The position numbers were made by a program, and so were the translations under genes. Below the pieces are notes generated by a model. It was given only the letters and a program-made list of their open reading frames with translations. It was not told the DNA's origin and did not search any database. DNA of 40,885 nt from Saprolegnia diclina VS20 (Eukaryota), in NCBI RefSeq assembly GCF_000281045.1, contig NW_008246070.1:44805-85689 (forward strand), in the 5' to 3' direction. Below, one piece after another: positions 23,549 through 34,317 of the stretch; within the stretch, counting starts at the first letter, position 1; every line of letters starts with the position of its first letter.

Positions 23549-24751
23549 ATGAACCCGAACGAAGCGTTCGTTGCCGGGACGCTTGACCCGTCTAGCTTCG
23601 ACTACTCAGTGCAGTGGTCGCGCGACGAGAGCGAGATCCTCAGCACGCTTCTGCTCCCGCGCAGCGACTCGTCCCCGGAAGCGGCGACGCCGGCCCACCC
23701 CGCGCGCCTCAAGCACAACCTCGCGCTGCAGGAGTACCGCAAGCGGAAGCGCAACGAGATGCAGCAGCTGCGGCAAGCGGCGGCCGAGCTCGAGGACAGG
23801 CTGCGGCAGCTGCAGAAAGCCAAGGCCAAGAAGGACTTGCTGCGGCCGCCAAGTAAGTGGCAGCAGCTCGCAGTGAGCGAGCGCCAAATGGAAAAGGCGG
23901 CGCGGACCGAGAACCAGCAGCTACGCGAGCTCGTCCAGAACCACATGATAACGGCGCAGATCTTTGCCAACGTGCTCGAGAAGACGTACGACCAGACGCA
24001 GTCCATTGCGTTCCTCGATGCCCCCGAAGACAAGTGGAAGCAGCTCGTCCTCGTGGTCGAACCGACTCTGCGGACGCTCGCCATGCACCAGATCCTCGAC
24101 CGTGAGCACCTCCGTTTCCACTCGGCCTACATTGAGGCCGGCCTCATCGACGTCAACGACGAGTTTCAAAAGCATATCGCCAAGTTCCACCACCACAGCG
24201 CCCACGAGTTCCATACGATCGTGCATCGGCGGACGCGTCTCCAGCTGCGCTGCGTCGTCGAAGGCACGTGGAACGTCATCCGCGGCACGGCCGGCGGCAT
24301 CCCCAACATGAACCGGTCGTGCAAAGAGCTCATCGACATTGACGCTGACACGTCGTACGTCACGGGGTGGTTTGACCACCCGCTGGGAAAATTCCAGCGA
24401 CGCGTGCTCTGCAAGCGCTACTACGACACGCAGGACGCAAAGACAGCCACCAAGTGCATCATCGTATGTCGAAGCATCGGCGATGACGAGCAGTCGCCGT
24501 ACGATCCGTCGACGCCGTACTCGAATGAAGTGTCGTGGCACCTGCTTGAAGCCAACGACGACGGCGCCGACTTCAAGTACTTTCAGAAATTCCGGCCATC
24601 GCAGTGGACGACGACGCTGACGGCGCACTGGGAGAAGACACTGGAGCAGGCGTCGCACATGATGCGCCGCGCAGTGAACCAGTACATTGACGAGTATGGC
24701 AGGGCACAAGGCCACGCCCAACCCGAAATTTGCGACGACATCAAGCCGTAG
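23549..24751 (+). CDS. bZIP/coiled-coil/START-like protein, array copy 4
   Basis: MNPNEAF..DYSVQWS; HNLALQEYRKRK plus zipper; C-terminal half nearly identical to copy 3. Confidence 0.9.
   Translation: MNPNEAFVAGTLDPSSFDYSVQWSRDESEILSTLLLPRSDSSPEAATPAHPARLKHNLALQEYRKRKRNEMQQLRQAAAELEDRLRQLQKAKAKKDLLRPPSKWQQLAVSERQMEKAARTENQQLRELVQNHMITAQIFANVLEKTYDQTQSIAFLDAPEDKWKQLVLVVEPTLRTLAMHQILDREHLRFHSAYIEAGLIDVNDEFQKHIAKFHHHSAHEFHTIVHRRTRLQLRCVVEGTWNVIRGTAGGIPNMNRSCKELIDIDADTSYVTGWFDHPLGKFQRRVLCKRYYDTQDAKTATKCIIVCRSIGDDEQSPYDPSTPYSNEVSWHLLEANDDGADFKYFQKFRPSQWTTTLTAHWEKTLEQASHMMRRAVNQYIDEYGRAQGHAQPEICDDIKP
24143..24692 (+). repeat. 550-bp near-identical direct repeat, unit B (partner 22593-23142)
   Basis: Direct comparison with unit A. 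Confidence 0.9.
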
Positions 24752-25178
24752 AAGAAATGACCTTCATGAAGCTTCACGTCGGACTGTACACGTGACGAAA
24801 TCTAGCAATATTTTAACGCACAGTGATCCCGCAAGCTTTGCCAGGCGCCAACTGCAGAAACGGAAAGCCGAAGCCAAAAGGACTTCCAACAACACCTGGA
24901 GGAAACAGGTACGCTGCATTTTTGCATGGCAAACACGAGCTAGTCGGCGCGTGAAATAATGTCAAGTGAGAGAAACCAGGCGTAGTCTAATCGTAGCAAG
25001 CCGTGTTGAGATCATGCGCTGGATCCCATGGACATGATGACGTGGTCCAGTGTGTTGTGTAATCGACGCGCGTCTCTGATTGGCTGGCTCTGATTTGGCC
25101 GAATCAAAACACTGGATCTGAAATAAGAAGCAAAACTCAGTTTGCATTTGTCGTTTTCGACGACACCACCAAATCGAC

Positions 25179-26318
25179 ATGGAAGAGATTGGCATGGAGC
25201 TGTTCGACGTTGGCTGCTATCAGTACTCAGTCGAGTGGTCTGCTGAAGAGAGCGCCATTCTCGATGGACTTCTCCACGACAACTCGAGCGATGACGCCGC
25301 CACGCCCAAGCCCAGCAGCCACAGCATCGTCCTCAAGCGATATCGTAAGAAGAAGCGCACCGAGTTCCTCGAGCTCAAGCGCGCGGCACAGGAACTAGAG
25401 GTGCGCTTAATGCAGCTGTCCGAGGCCAAGCAGCTTCGCGACGTCCTCAGTCCGCCGGGCAGGTGGCAGAAAATCGCGGTGCAGCTCAAGATGGACACGG
25501 CCGCCGCGCACATTGAGAACAAGCAGCTCAAGGAGCTCGTCCAAGCGCACTTGGTGACGGTGCAGACGCTCGGCAGCATGCTCGACAAGACGCACGAGCT
25601 TGCACTGACGCTCAACCCGGCGCCAGAAATGCGCTGGCAGCAGCTCGTGCTTGTGGCTGACCCAGACCTGCGTCGTGCGGGTATCCACGGGATCATGGAC
25701 CGTGAATGTGGCAAGCTTGCGAGCGTGTTCATTGAGGCAGGGCTCACGGACGCGAAGGACGAGTTTCAGAAGCACATCTCCAAACTGAGCGTCTCGGGCG
25801 GCCACGAGTTCCACGTCGTCGTGCACCGGCACCTCGGGCTGCCCGTCTCTGTCGCCCTCGAGCGATGCTGGGACGTGTCGCTGGGTGCGTCCATGTTTTT
25901 TCCCAGCCTCCCGCACCAAACGCTATCGGCCACGGCCATCGATGCCAATACGTCGTATGTGGTTGGCTGGCTCAACCATCCGCTTGGCCGGTTCCAGCGG
26001 CGCGCGCTCTGCAAGCGGTTTCCCGGCGAGAAGCGCAGCACCTTGATTGTGCGCAGCATCGATCTGGACGAAGACGCGCCGTACGACCCGAGCTTGCCGT
26101 ATGCGATCGAGGTCATTTGGGTGCAGTTTGACGCGAGAATGGACGGCGGCACGGACGTCAAGGTCTTCCAAAAGTTTCGGCCGTCGCATTGGACCGCCGA
26201 CATGTTGGCGACAGTGCAGTGGCCCGAAGCCCTCGAGAAGGGCGCACTTGACTTGCACCAAGCCATCCACGACCACATCGAGACCCGTACCGTGCCGTGT
26301 GGGACGAGCAACTCGTGA
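25179..26318 (+). CDS. bZIP/coiled-coil/START-like protein, array copy 5
   Basis: QYSVEWSAEE; HSIVLKRYRKKK plus zipper; FQRRALCKRF..LIVRSIDLDE. Confidence 0.9.
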   Translation: MEEIGMELFDVGCYQYSVEWSAEESAILDGLLHDNSSDDAATPKPSSHSIVLKRYRKKKRTEFLELKRAAQELEVRLMQLSEAKQLRDVLSPPGRWQKIAVQLKMDTAAAHIENKQLKELVQAHLVTVQTLGSMLDKTHELALTLNPAPEMRWQQLVLVADPDLRRAGIHGIMDRECGKLASVFIEAGLTDAKDEFQKHISKLSVSGGHEFHVVVHRHLGLPVSVALERCWDVSLGASMFFPSLPHQTLSATAIDANTSYVVGWLNHPLGRFQRRALCKRFPGEKRSTLIVRSIDLDEDAPYDPSLPYAIEVIWVQFDARMDGGTDVKVFQKFRPSHWTADMLATVQWPEALEKGALDLHQAIHDHIETRTVPCGTSNS

Positions 26319-26628
26319 TAACTCAACATTGTCCATTCTCATTGCAGCTGCGGTTGATCGTAGTAAAAGAACACACTCCGTGCGATGTTGAGCGCCCAGA
26401 TACGTGGCACACCCATAGTCGTTTGGTCGTTGTGTTTTCTTTACACAGATAGCTGATCTTGGTCGCTCGCTGGCTCTGTCAGTGGTGACTGCAAGCAGTT
26501 CAAGACAGCGCGCGCCGTTGACGCACACGATTGGTTGAAATGGTAGGGATGCGGCGATGCCATTGGCCACAGCAAGCCAGCTGGCATGCCATTGGCCTGT
26601 CGGACCGGGATAAAAAGGCAGCGGCAGC

Positions 26629-27831
26629 ATGAACCCGAGCGAAGAGTTCGTCGCGGACCTCCTTGACCTCTCGACGTTCGACTATTCGCTGCAATGGTCG
26701 ACCGAAGAGGCCGAGGTCTACGAAGCCCTTCTCTCGAGCAAGCCATCGCCCCCGTCGCCCGAGGAGCCCGCGCCGCCGCGCCAGCACAGCAAGAACTACT
26801 TGACCCTCAAGCGGTACCGGACCAAGAAGCGCCAAGAGGTCGATGAGCTTCGGCGCGCAGCCAAAGAGCTTGAAGAGCGCCTCTTGCGGCTGCAATATGC
26901 CAAGTCGTTGAAGGACGCGTTGCATCCGCCGACCAAGTGGCAGTCCCTCGCAGTCAAAGAGCGCCGGCTCGAACAAAAGGCACAGGCCGAGAACCACCAG
27001 CTAAGGGAGCTTGTCCAAGACCACATGATCACGGCGCAGATACTATCGAACGTACTCGAGAAGACGCGACAGCAGGCGCAGAGCATCTCGTTCTTGCACT
27101 CGGCCGAGGACAAGTGGAAGCAACTCGTGCTCGTGGCGGACCCAGCGCTGCGCGTGCATGGCGTACACGCCATACTCGACCGCGAGTTTAGCCTTCTTGA
27201 GAGCGCGTTCGTCGAAGCCGGTCTCATCGACGTCGACCCGGATTGCGAGATCCAGCGCCATGTCTCCAAGTACTCGCACGCGGGCACCCTTGAGTTTCAC
27301 ACGATTGTCTACAGCCGCGCGAACCTACCGTTTGCGTCCGTCCTCGACAGCATCTGGAGCGTGATCCTCGGCACCGTCAACACGGTTCTGGGCTTGAACC
27401 GGTACAGCGACGAGGTCACGACCGTGGATGTGAATACCAAGTACGTCCGCGGGCGGCTGGACCATCCGCTCGGCAACTTTCAGCGCTGTGTCGTTGTCAA
27501 GCGCTTCTTCGCGCCTAGCGCCGGCGGCACGATGTGCTACATTGTGTGTCGGAGCATCGACGACGACGAGCTCGCGCCGTATACGGCCGAGCCGCCGTAC
27601 TCGAAGGAGGTGTCGTGGCTCGCGATCGAGCCCATGCTTGACGGCAGCGTGCACATGAAGTTCTTTGAGAAATTCCGACCCTCAGCGTGGACTGAAGCGA
27701 TGCCATTGAGTGCGCACTGGGTCAGGACGTTCGAAGACGGCGCCCAAGCGATGCGCGACGCGGTCCGGCGGTACATCTTTCGACACGGCGAGAATGTCCA
27801 CGACCCGGCTCCGTTGACGTTTGCATTGTAA
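26629..27831 (+). CDS. bZIP/coiled-coil/START-like protein, array copy 6
   Basis: MNPSEEF..DYSLQWS; NYLTLKRYRTKK (canonical N-x7-R-x9-L); START-like C-terminal half. Confidence 0.9.
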   Translation: MNPSEEFVADLLDLSTFDYSLQWSTEEAEVYEALLSSKPSPPSPEEPAPPRQHSKNYLTLKRYRTKKRQEVDELRRAAKELEERLLRLQYAKSLKDALHPPTKWQSLAVKERRLEQKAQAENHQLRELVQDHMITAQILSNVLEKTRQQAQSISFLHSAEDKWKQLVLVADPALRVHGVHAILDREFSLLESAFVEAGLIDVDPDCEIQRHVSKYSHAGTLEFHTIVYSRANLPFASVLDSIWSVILGTVNTVLGLNRYSDEVTTVDVNTKYVRGRLDHPLGNFQRCVVVKRFFAPSAGGTMCYIVCRSIDDDELAPYTAEPPYSKEVSWLAIEPMLDGSVHMKFFEKFRPSAWTEAMPLSAHWVRTFEDGAQAMRDAVRRYIFRHGENVHDPAPLTFAL

Positions 27832-28022
27832 CTCAACTTATTAATTTGTTGTTCGTAGTTTCCTGCACAAACGTAGTTCTCATTTTGACTGAAAACGTAG
27901 AATTTCATAGAAACTATGAAATTACAGCGTTCGATCCATGCCAATAAGAAATGATAAATCAGCTCTTGGCAACTAGGTCACGAAGAGGAAGCAAAGGCCG
28001 CAACAGCCGCGCCAACATACTG

Positions 28023-28049
28023 CAGCGTCATCAGCGTCATCAGCGTCAT
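28023..28049 (+). repeat. Tandem 9-mer (CAGCGTCAT)x3
   Basis: Read directly; lies about 220 nt upstream of array copy 7. Confidence 0.9.
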
Positions 28050-28265
28050 CCACGTTATCCGACTTCTCTCATGTCGGACCTCATCGGTCGAAATCAACGC
28101 TCTGGGCCAGTGGCATCGGCCACCGTAGCATAAACGGATGACCCCACGCTGCAGATACGTGAAATGACGTGTGATAGGCTGAAATACTTTCGTAACGCTG
28201 GCTCATTGGTGTATTGCGTAGAAACGAGCCAATGACAGCGCGCTCTCCATCATCTTGCAAGATGG

Positions 28266-29393
28266 ATGGCAGACCATTTTCGTCGCAGCATCATGAAGTC
28301 GACCGTCGCCAGCCCCGTAGACCCGCGCTTCGTGGACGACGACCTGCTTCTATGCACCGTAGCGCTGCCCGCCACGCCGAGCTCGGATGAGGAGGCCGAC
28401 CGCATGACCCGGCGGCGGCTCACGATGCGCAAGCACCGGGCGAAGCGCAAGACGCAGCTCCACGACCTCCGAACGCAGACGCAGGCGCTGCAGCTTCACT
28501 TGCACGCACTGCGAGAGCGTCAGAGTATCCAACATCTCTTGAACCCACCAGGGCCGTGGTACAACCTCATGCTCTCGGAGAAGGTGCGTTGTCGCGAGGC
28601 CCACGCGGAGAACGACCGGTTGCGGCACCTCGCGCAGCAGCACTTGGCGCTCTCCAGGACCTTGTCGAGCCTCTTGGAGCAGCCCACTCTTCACACCCCA
28701 TTGACATCGCCTCGTTGTCTTCCGTCCGAAGCCGACCGCCGTGCCCCAGTCATGCACGCGATCCTCGACGCGACCTACCGAAAGCTCTGGGGAGCCTTCG
28801 TGGAAGCTCGCTTGATTGACGCGACCGAGACGACGCATCACCATGCAGCCCAGTGCACGGCGACGGGCGACGTCGAGTTCCACACGATCGTGTACCACGA
28901 TACGCCGCACGACCTCACCACCGCGGTCGAAGGCGGCTGGCGACTGCACCAAGGAGCGCTTGTGCTCGACAGCCTCGACCACCTTTGCCGCAGCGTCGAT
29001 GAAGTCGACAGCTGCGTGACCTACGTCACAGGCTGGATGGACTTGCCCGATGTCGGCCACTTCCAGCGCCGCGTGCTCTGCAAGCGCTATGCACCGTCGC
29101 CGACGACGTGCGCGATTGTATGTCAGAGCGTCGAGGCCGACGACGCGATGCCGTTTGACGCGTCGAGCCCGATCCTGACGGAGAAATCCTGGCTGCTATT
29201 TGAAGCAAACGGAAAAGGCGGAACAACGGTCAAGTTTTTTCAGAAGCAGCGCCCGCTCAGTGGCACTGTTCCTGGCGCATGGGTCACCGCACTCGCCAAG
29301 CGCACCCAGGCGTACCAAGACGCAGTCCATGGCTACATGCGCCAGCTCGAGCCGCCCCCAACAGCAAGTATCATCTCGGACGTGCCATTATGA
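28266..29393 (+). CDS. bZIP/coiled-coil/START-like protein, array copy 7 (divergent N-terminus; start may be 28293)
   Basis: RRLTMRKHRAKRKTQLHDLRTQTQALQLHLHAL; FQRRVLCKRY..IVCQSVEADD; lacks the DYS.QWS motif. Confidence 0.85.
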   Translation: MADHFRRSIMKSTVASPVDPRFVDDDLLLCTVALPATPSSDEEADRMTRRRLTMRKHRAKRKTQLHDLRTQTQALQLHLHALRERQSIQHLLNPPGPWYNLMLSEKVRCREAHAENDRLRHLAQQHLALSRTLSSLLEQPTLHTPLTSPRCLPSEADRRAPVMHAILDATYRKLWGAFVEARLIDATETTHHHAAQCTATGDVEFHTIVYHDTPHDLTTAVEGGWRLHQGALVLDSLDHLCRSVDEVDSCVTYVTGWMDLPDVGHFQRRVLCKRYAPSPTTCAIVCQSVEADDAMPFDASSPILTEKSWLLFEANGKGGTTVKFFQKQRPLSGTVPGAWVTALAKRTQAYQDAVHGYMRQLEPPPTASIISDVPL

Positions 29394-29652
29394 GCTCAAC
29401 TCAAACGTGCTTGAACAATTCCGTGTATTCAGATTCAGATTGGTATTGGGTGCAAAACGCAACCGGTATTGAAGCATTGAAGTACCGGTGGACACAAATG
29501 TGTCGGATTGTGGATGCTTGCATCGGCCAATGCTGTGATCGTGTGACAGAGGTCCCCAACCCTAAGGACATAGCTCGTTGTCGAAGGAATGCTTGCGACG
29601 TGCGGTGCGATAGCTTTTCGTCCAGCTCAAATCGTTCATTTCTACTTTTCCC

Positions 29653-30102
29653 ATGCTCCTCCACGTCACCGAAGCCGACCTTTGCCTCGAGCTGACGCTG
29701 GCGCAGACGCTTGCGACCGTCTTTGTGTACCCTGGACCAATCCCGCTGGCGTCCATCGCTCGCGTCGAGCTGCCGACGGCGCTGCCGAGCCAACTCGAGT
29801 GCATCTTTTCTCCCTTGCGCGTCGGTACCGTCGTTCCGTGCTTCTACGTACGCACCAACAATATACATGAGAAACACTAGCTCATGCCTCTTGGCTAGGT
29901 CAACGGAACGTATTTCGGCGTGTGCAGCAAGCGCGAGTACATTTACTGCCGCCGATCCGTCGACAACTGCCTCAAGATCGACATCAAAAAGTCGAGCGCC
30001 AGCAAATACGCCTCGTGGTTCATTCAGCTCGACGCGTCGCAGTCCGCCGCAGAGATTAAGTACATGATCGACTCTGCAATTAGCAGGCAGGATGTTTGCT
30101 GA
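29653..30102 (+). CDS. Small (132 aa) protein resembling bacterial PH-like domain proteins
   Basis: Exons 29653-29847 and 29899-30102; the phase-0 intron GTACGC...CTAG joins ORF 29653 to ORF 29920. INR-like TCATTTCTACTTTT just upstream. Motifs IPLASIARVE, RVGTVVPCFYVNGTY and Y.SW.IQLD. Confidence 0.65.
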
Positions 30103-31291
30103 TCGCGCATCACTGCCAGAGTCTCAGATGCAGTTATGGTAAAACCTTAGGCTTTCATTCAAATTGAGAATACATACGATTGGCAACCACTTCACAAGCA
30201 GCTTTGCAAGCTCCGTTCACAGTGTTGGTTGAATCGTCCATGCAATGAGTGTATGTTTCATTCTTACAAATCCAGAGTTTAAAACTGGCTCGACGGCTCG
30301 ACTACAGAGTGTTGATCTAAATCCGCATCTGTGAGATTCGAAGGCGCCAATTCGACTTTTCGTAAGGAGCATGCACTTCCATGCCGCTCAGGCTGCTTGT
30401 AAGTAGAGCTCATGACCACCCAAAAGCTGTCGAGTGCGTCCGCACATCCCGTGTACGTGTTCCACGCAAAGCAGTCGACAAGTCCCCGCGAGCTGTCGCC
30501 GCATAGGTGGAGCAAGCGATTGAGACGACTCTGCCCACAGGAGGTTATGGCAGTGTTATACATGTACGATAACGTGGTTACAGGTGGTACTGTGTACTTC
30601 CCGTATTTAGACTTTCGACGCATTTGAGAAATCTGCTTTCGTCCCAATGAATTCGCACACCAAGTTCGGCTGGCAAATGGTTGGTGTGAAAGCTCTGTGC
30701 CCACGAGGTCCGAGGGCAGAACGAAGCCATCATCATCCTTCGTATATAGATCTCACAACGTTATCGCCCTTTAAGCGCACTTCAATAAATCTGCAGAACA
30801 GTCGCGATCGATTCGTAGTTTCTATTGAAATCGCACGCAAATGGGTGCCTTTGTCGTCATGGTTTCGAAGCAGATCACTGCGTGATAGTTCGTGCGTAGT
30901 ATGTACTACTAATCCAGCGAGTATTATTAGTGCGTCGCACCGAGCGTTCGTCTTCATTGCTGGGGCCACTTGTCGCTTGGGACACCCCCGTTGACCTCGG
31001 AATTCGCAGCCTCGGCTGATTGCTCACACGCTTTGGAGGTGTAATCGGCGGGTTCGTCGCTGGAATCGTAGGCATAATCTCTGCTGTGTACACGCTGCAG
31101 CAGGTCGAGCGCGTGAGCAAGCACCTCGTCTTGTATTTTCACTGTGACCAAGTCTCTGAAGCGCGTGCTCTGCCCGACTTGGCGGAAGTTTGTGCTGCGA
31201 CCAGCTGTGGACACCATATGATTGGATAAAAAGGACGTGGCCGATCGTGCGTGCGCGATGCCATTGGCTGCCCATTGTTCATTCCGAAACG

Positions 31292-32422
31292 ATGGACCGA
31301 TGTGCAGCCGAGGTGGTCAACATGCTCGACCTGGCAACGTGCGACTACTCGACGCAGTGGTCGGCGGAGGAGAGCGAGATGCTGGACCTGCTCTGCGCCG
31401 ATAGCCCCAAGCCGCACGACGACCGCAAGACGATCCTCCAGCGCCATCGGCTCAAGAAGCGCGAGGAACGCGAAGAGCTCAAGCGCGCGGCCGTCGAGCT
31501 CGAGGCCAAGCTGCTTCAACTCCAGCAAGCCAAAGTCAATCCGCTTCTGCCTCCTACAAAGTGGAAGCAGCTCGCATCCGACGAAGCCCGGCGTGAAGGC
31601 GCGGCCAAGAGCGAGAACAAGCAGCTCAAGGAACTCGTGCAGGCGCACATGGTCACGGCGCAGGCGCTCGCCAACCTCCTCGAGAAGACGCGGGAGCGCA
31701 CCGGCGCCACGAACGCCCTGGGCAACCCCACCGAGAAGTGGAAGCAGCTCATCCTTGTGCAGGACCCGAGCCTCCGGACTGCGGCCATCCATCACATGCT
31801 CGACCGCGAGCACGCCAAGCTCTTCAGCGCCTTTGTGGAAGCGAGCCTCGTCGACGCTACGGGCGACATCCAAAAACACATTGCGAAATACGGCCACCAC
31901 GACGCGATGGAGTTTCACTCGATTGGCTGCCGACACGTCGACCAACCGCTGCCCGGCGTTTTGCTCGCTTCGCTCGACGTGCTGCGGGGGAGTGTGCCGA
32001 TCGCGCAGTTGAACCGGCGCTGCAAGGAGCTCGTGACCATTGACGCCGACACGACCTATGTCATTGGCACGTTTGACCATCCGCTCGGCGAGTTTCAACG
32101 CCGCATTCTCTGCAAGGTGTACGGCTACGAGGGCGTGCCACGTCACGAGCGCTGCGTCGTGGTCTGCCGCAGCATCCACGAAGACGAGTTGCTCCCGTAC
32201 GACCCGTCGACGCCGTATGCAGTCGAGGTCGCGTGGCTCACGCTCGAAGCCAACAAAACTGGCGGCACGGACGTCAAGTACTTTCAGAAATTCCGCCCGT
32301 CGACGTGGTCGGCGGCAACGCCCGTGAGTTCGCACTGGCTCAGCCAAGTCGACGAGCACTCGAAGAACATGCGGCACGCTGCCCGCCGATACATTGACCA
32401 AGTCGCGTCTTCCACCGCCTAA
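31292..32422 (+). CDS. bZIP/coiled-coil/START-like protein, array copy 8
   Basis: MDRCAAEVVNMLDLATCDYSTQWSAEE; RKTILQRHRLKK plus zipper; START-like C-terminal half; INR-like TTCATTCCG upstream. Confidence 0.9.
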   Translation: MDRCAAEVVNMLDLATCDYSTQWSAEESEMLDLLCADSPKPHDDRKTILQRHRLKKREEREELKRAAVELEAKLLQLQQAKVNPLLPPTKWKQLASDEARREGAAKSENKQLKELVQAHMVTAQALANLLEKTRERTGATNALGNPTEKWKQLILVQDPSLRTAAIHHMLDREHAKLFSAFVEASLVDATGDIQKHIAKYGHHDAMEFHSIGCRHVDQPLPGVLLASLDVLRGSVPIAQLNRRCKELVTIDADTTYVIGTFDHPLGEFQRRILCKVYGYEGVPRHERCVVVCRSIHEDELLPYDPSTPYAVEVAWLTLEANKTGGTDVKYFQKFRPSTWSAATPVSSHWLSQVDEHSKNMRHAARRYIDQVASSTA

Positions 32423-33102
32423 GGTACCATCGATGTACGTCACGTCGCCAAGACGCTCATGTCGTGTCTGCACTCCAGTCGAATATTATCAACATGTACT
32501 ATTTTCACACCATTTTGTTGACAAATGTCGGCGCCGATGAAGCACACGCTCATAGCTTCAGACTGATTGTACGGGGCAGAGGAGTAAGCTCTTATTGAGA
32601 AATGCGTCGAGGATACGTTTGACAGATCGTTGTGGCTTTTGATGCGGCTGATGTCGCCGACCAAAGTCCCAGCATCGATCGACGTGAGTACCACTGGAGA
32701 AATTTATGCGGAGGGCGAACTGGAGCAGTGGCCCGAAGTCAGGTGCGCCAACATCAAGAGGCCAATAAGATTCTTTGTCAGTCTTCAGTTTAACGACGGT
32801 CACTCGGCGCTCTAAATTCACTAACCTAGCGTTATGGAAAGAGTGGGTGAAGACTACGCAGCTGCATATATTGTCGAAACTGCTGCGAGCGGGGACTCAA
32901 ATGACGACACGCAAAAGCGTATCGTAGCTCGAGACGCTCTGTGCAGTTCTGCTGCTCTGCTTCAGCGCTGACAAAGACTCGCATGTTCGTGTCCAAATCC
33001 ATCGTTTTGATTGGCCAAAAGATTCGCCAAGAAAGCCATATGAGTGGCTAAAATCCAATAAAGTGCGGTCGTAACGCTGCGATTGGCCCCGTAGTGACCA
33101 TA

Positions 33103-34317
33103 ATGGCGGAAGACAGGCCGACGACGTCGGGCGAAGCGTTCGTGCTCGGGATGCTGGACCCGTCGTCCTTCGAGTACTCGTTGCATTGGTCATCGGAAGA
33201 GCGGGACATGCTCGACTCGCTCGCGCACGAAGCCTCGCCCGACGAAGATGCGAGCTCGATCAACGGCTCGGTCGCCAGTTCGGCGTCCCATCCGTCCGAG
33301 AAGCGGCAGGCGCTGGCCATGAAGCGCCACCGCAAGAAAAAGCGCGAGGAGCACAACGAGCTCAAGCGCGCCGCGTTCGAGCTCGAGACAAAGCTGCGCG
33401 AATTGCAGCAGTCGCGGGCGGTCCAGGACATTCTGCAGCCGCCGAGCAAGTGGCAGGCGCTCGCGACAAACGAAGCCAAGCTCGAGCAGCAGGCCAAGCT
33501 CGAAAACAAGCAGCTCAAGGAGCTCGTGCAAGACCACATGGCCACCGCGCAGGCGTTCGCCAACCTCCTCGAGAAGACGTGGCACCAGTCCAAAGTCAAG
33601 GCGCTCGTCGAGAACGCCAACGACAAGTGGAAGCAGCTCGTGCTCGTGGCCGACCCGAGCCTCCGCGCGGCAGCCATCAACCTCATCCTCGAGCGCGAGT
33701 TTGGTCGCATGGACAGTGCGTACGTCGAAGCCGGGCTCATTGACGCGCCCTTTGGCGTCCAGAAGCACGTTTCTCGGTACACGCACGCCAACAGCCTCGA
33801 GTTCCACACGATCGTTTGTCGCTACACGCCGCTGCCGCTGCAGACCGTGCTCGACGGCTCCTGGAACGTGCTCCGGGGCACCGCGTCGATCAAGGGCTTC
33901 AACCGCTACTGCAACGGCCTCGTCGACATCGATGCGACGACGATCTACGTCGACGGCTGGTTCGTGCACCCGCTCGGGCACTTTCAGCGGCGGACGCTCA
34001 TGAAGCAGTTCCGTGACGAGTCGCGCGTCGTCATCGTGTGCCGCAGCATCGACTACGACGAGCTCGCGCCGTACGACCCGGCGCAGCCGCACGCGAACGA
34101 GGTGTCGTGGAACCTCCTGGAGGCCAACCCGGACGGCGGCACGAACGTCAAGTTTTTTCAAAAGTTTCGACCGAGCAAGTGGACAGCGGCGACGCCCATG
34201 AACCCGCAGTGGGCCGAGACCTTTGAACAGCACTCGGCCATGATCAGCCACTCGGTGCACAAGTACATTGACGACTTTGCCGCCGGGACCGCCCGCGACG
34301 AGTATCACCAGCTGTAG
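33103..34317 (+). CDS. bZIP/coiled-coil/START-like protein, array copy 9
   Basis: EYSLHWSSEE; QALAMKRHRKKK plus zipper; START-like C-terminal half. Confidence 0.9.
   Translation: MAEDRPTTSGEAFVLGMLDPSSFEYSLHWSSEERDMLDSLAHEASPDEDASSINGSVASSASHPSEKRQALAMKRHRKKKREEHNELKRAAFELETKLRELQQSRAVQDILQPPSKWQALATNEAKLEQQAKLENKQLKELVQDHMATAQAFANLLEKTWHQSKVKALVENANDKWKQLVLVADPSLRAAAINLILEREFGRMDSAYVEAGLIDAPFGVQKHVSRYTHANSLEFHTIVCRYTPLPLQTVLDGSWNVLRGTASIKGFNRYCNGLVDIDATTIYVDGWFVHPLGHFQRRTLMKQFRDESRVVIVCRSIDYDELAPYDPAQPHANEVSWNLLEANPDGGTNVKFFQKFRPSKWTAATPMNPQWAETFEQHSAMISHSVHKYIDDFAAGTARDEYHQL

Noticed and set aside
31020..31229. 69-aa ORF with a hydrophobic Gly-rich stretch
   Set aside because: No ATG start and it runs into the promoter of copy 8; unsupported.
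32630..32815. 61-aa ORF with faint similarity to the START hairpin (SIDVSTTGEIYAEG)
   Set aside because: Too short and weak to call an array pseudogene by eye.
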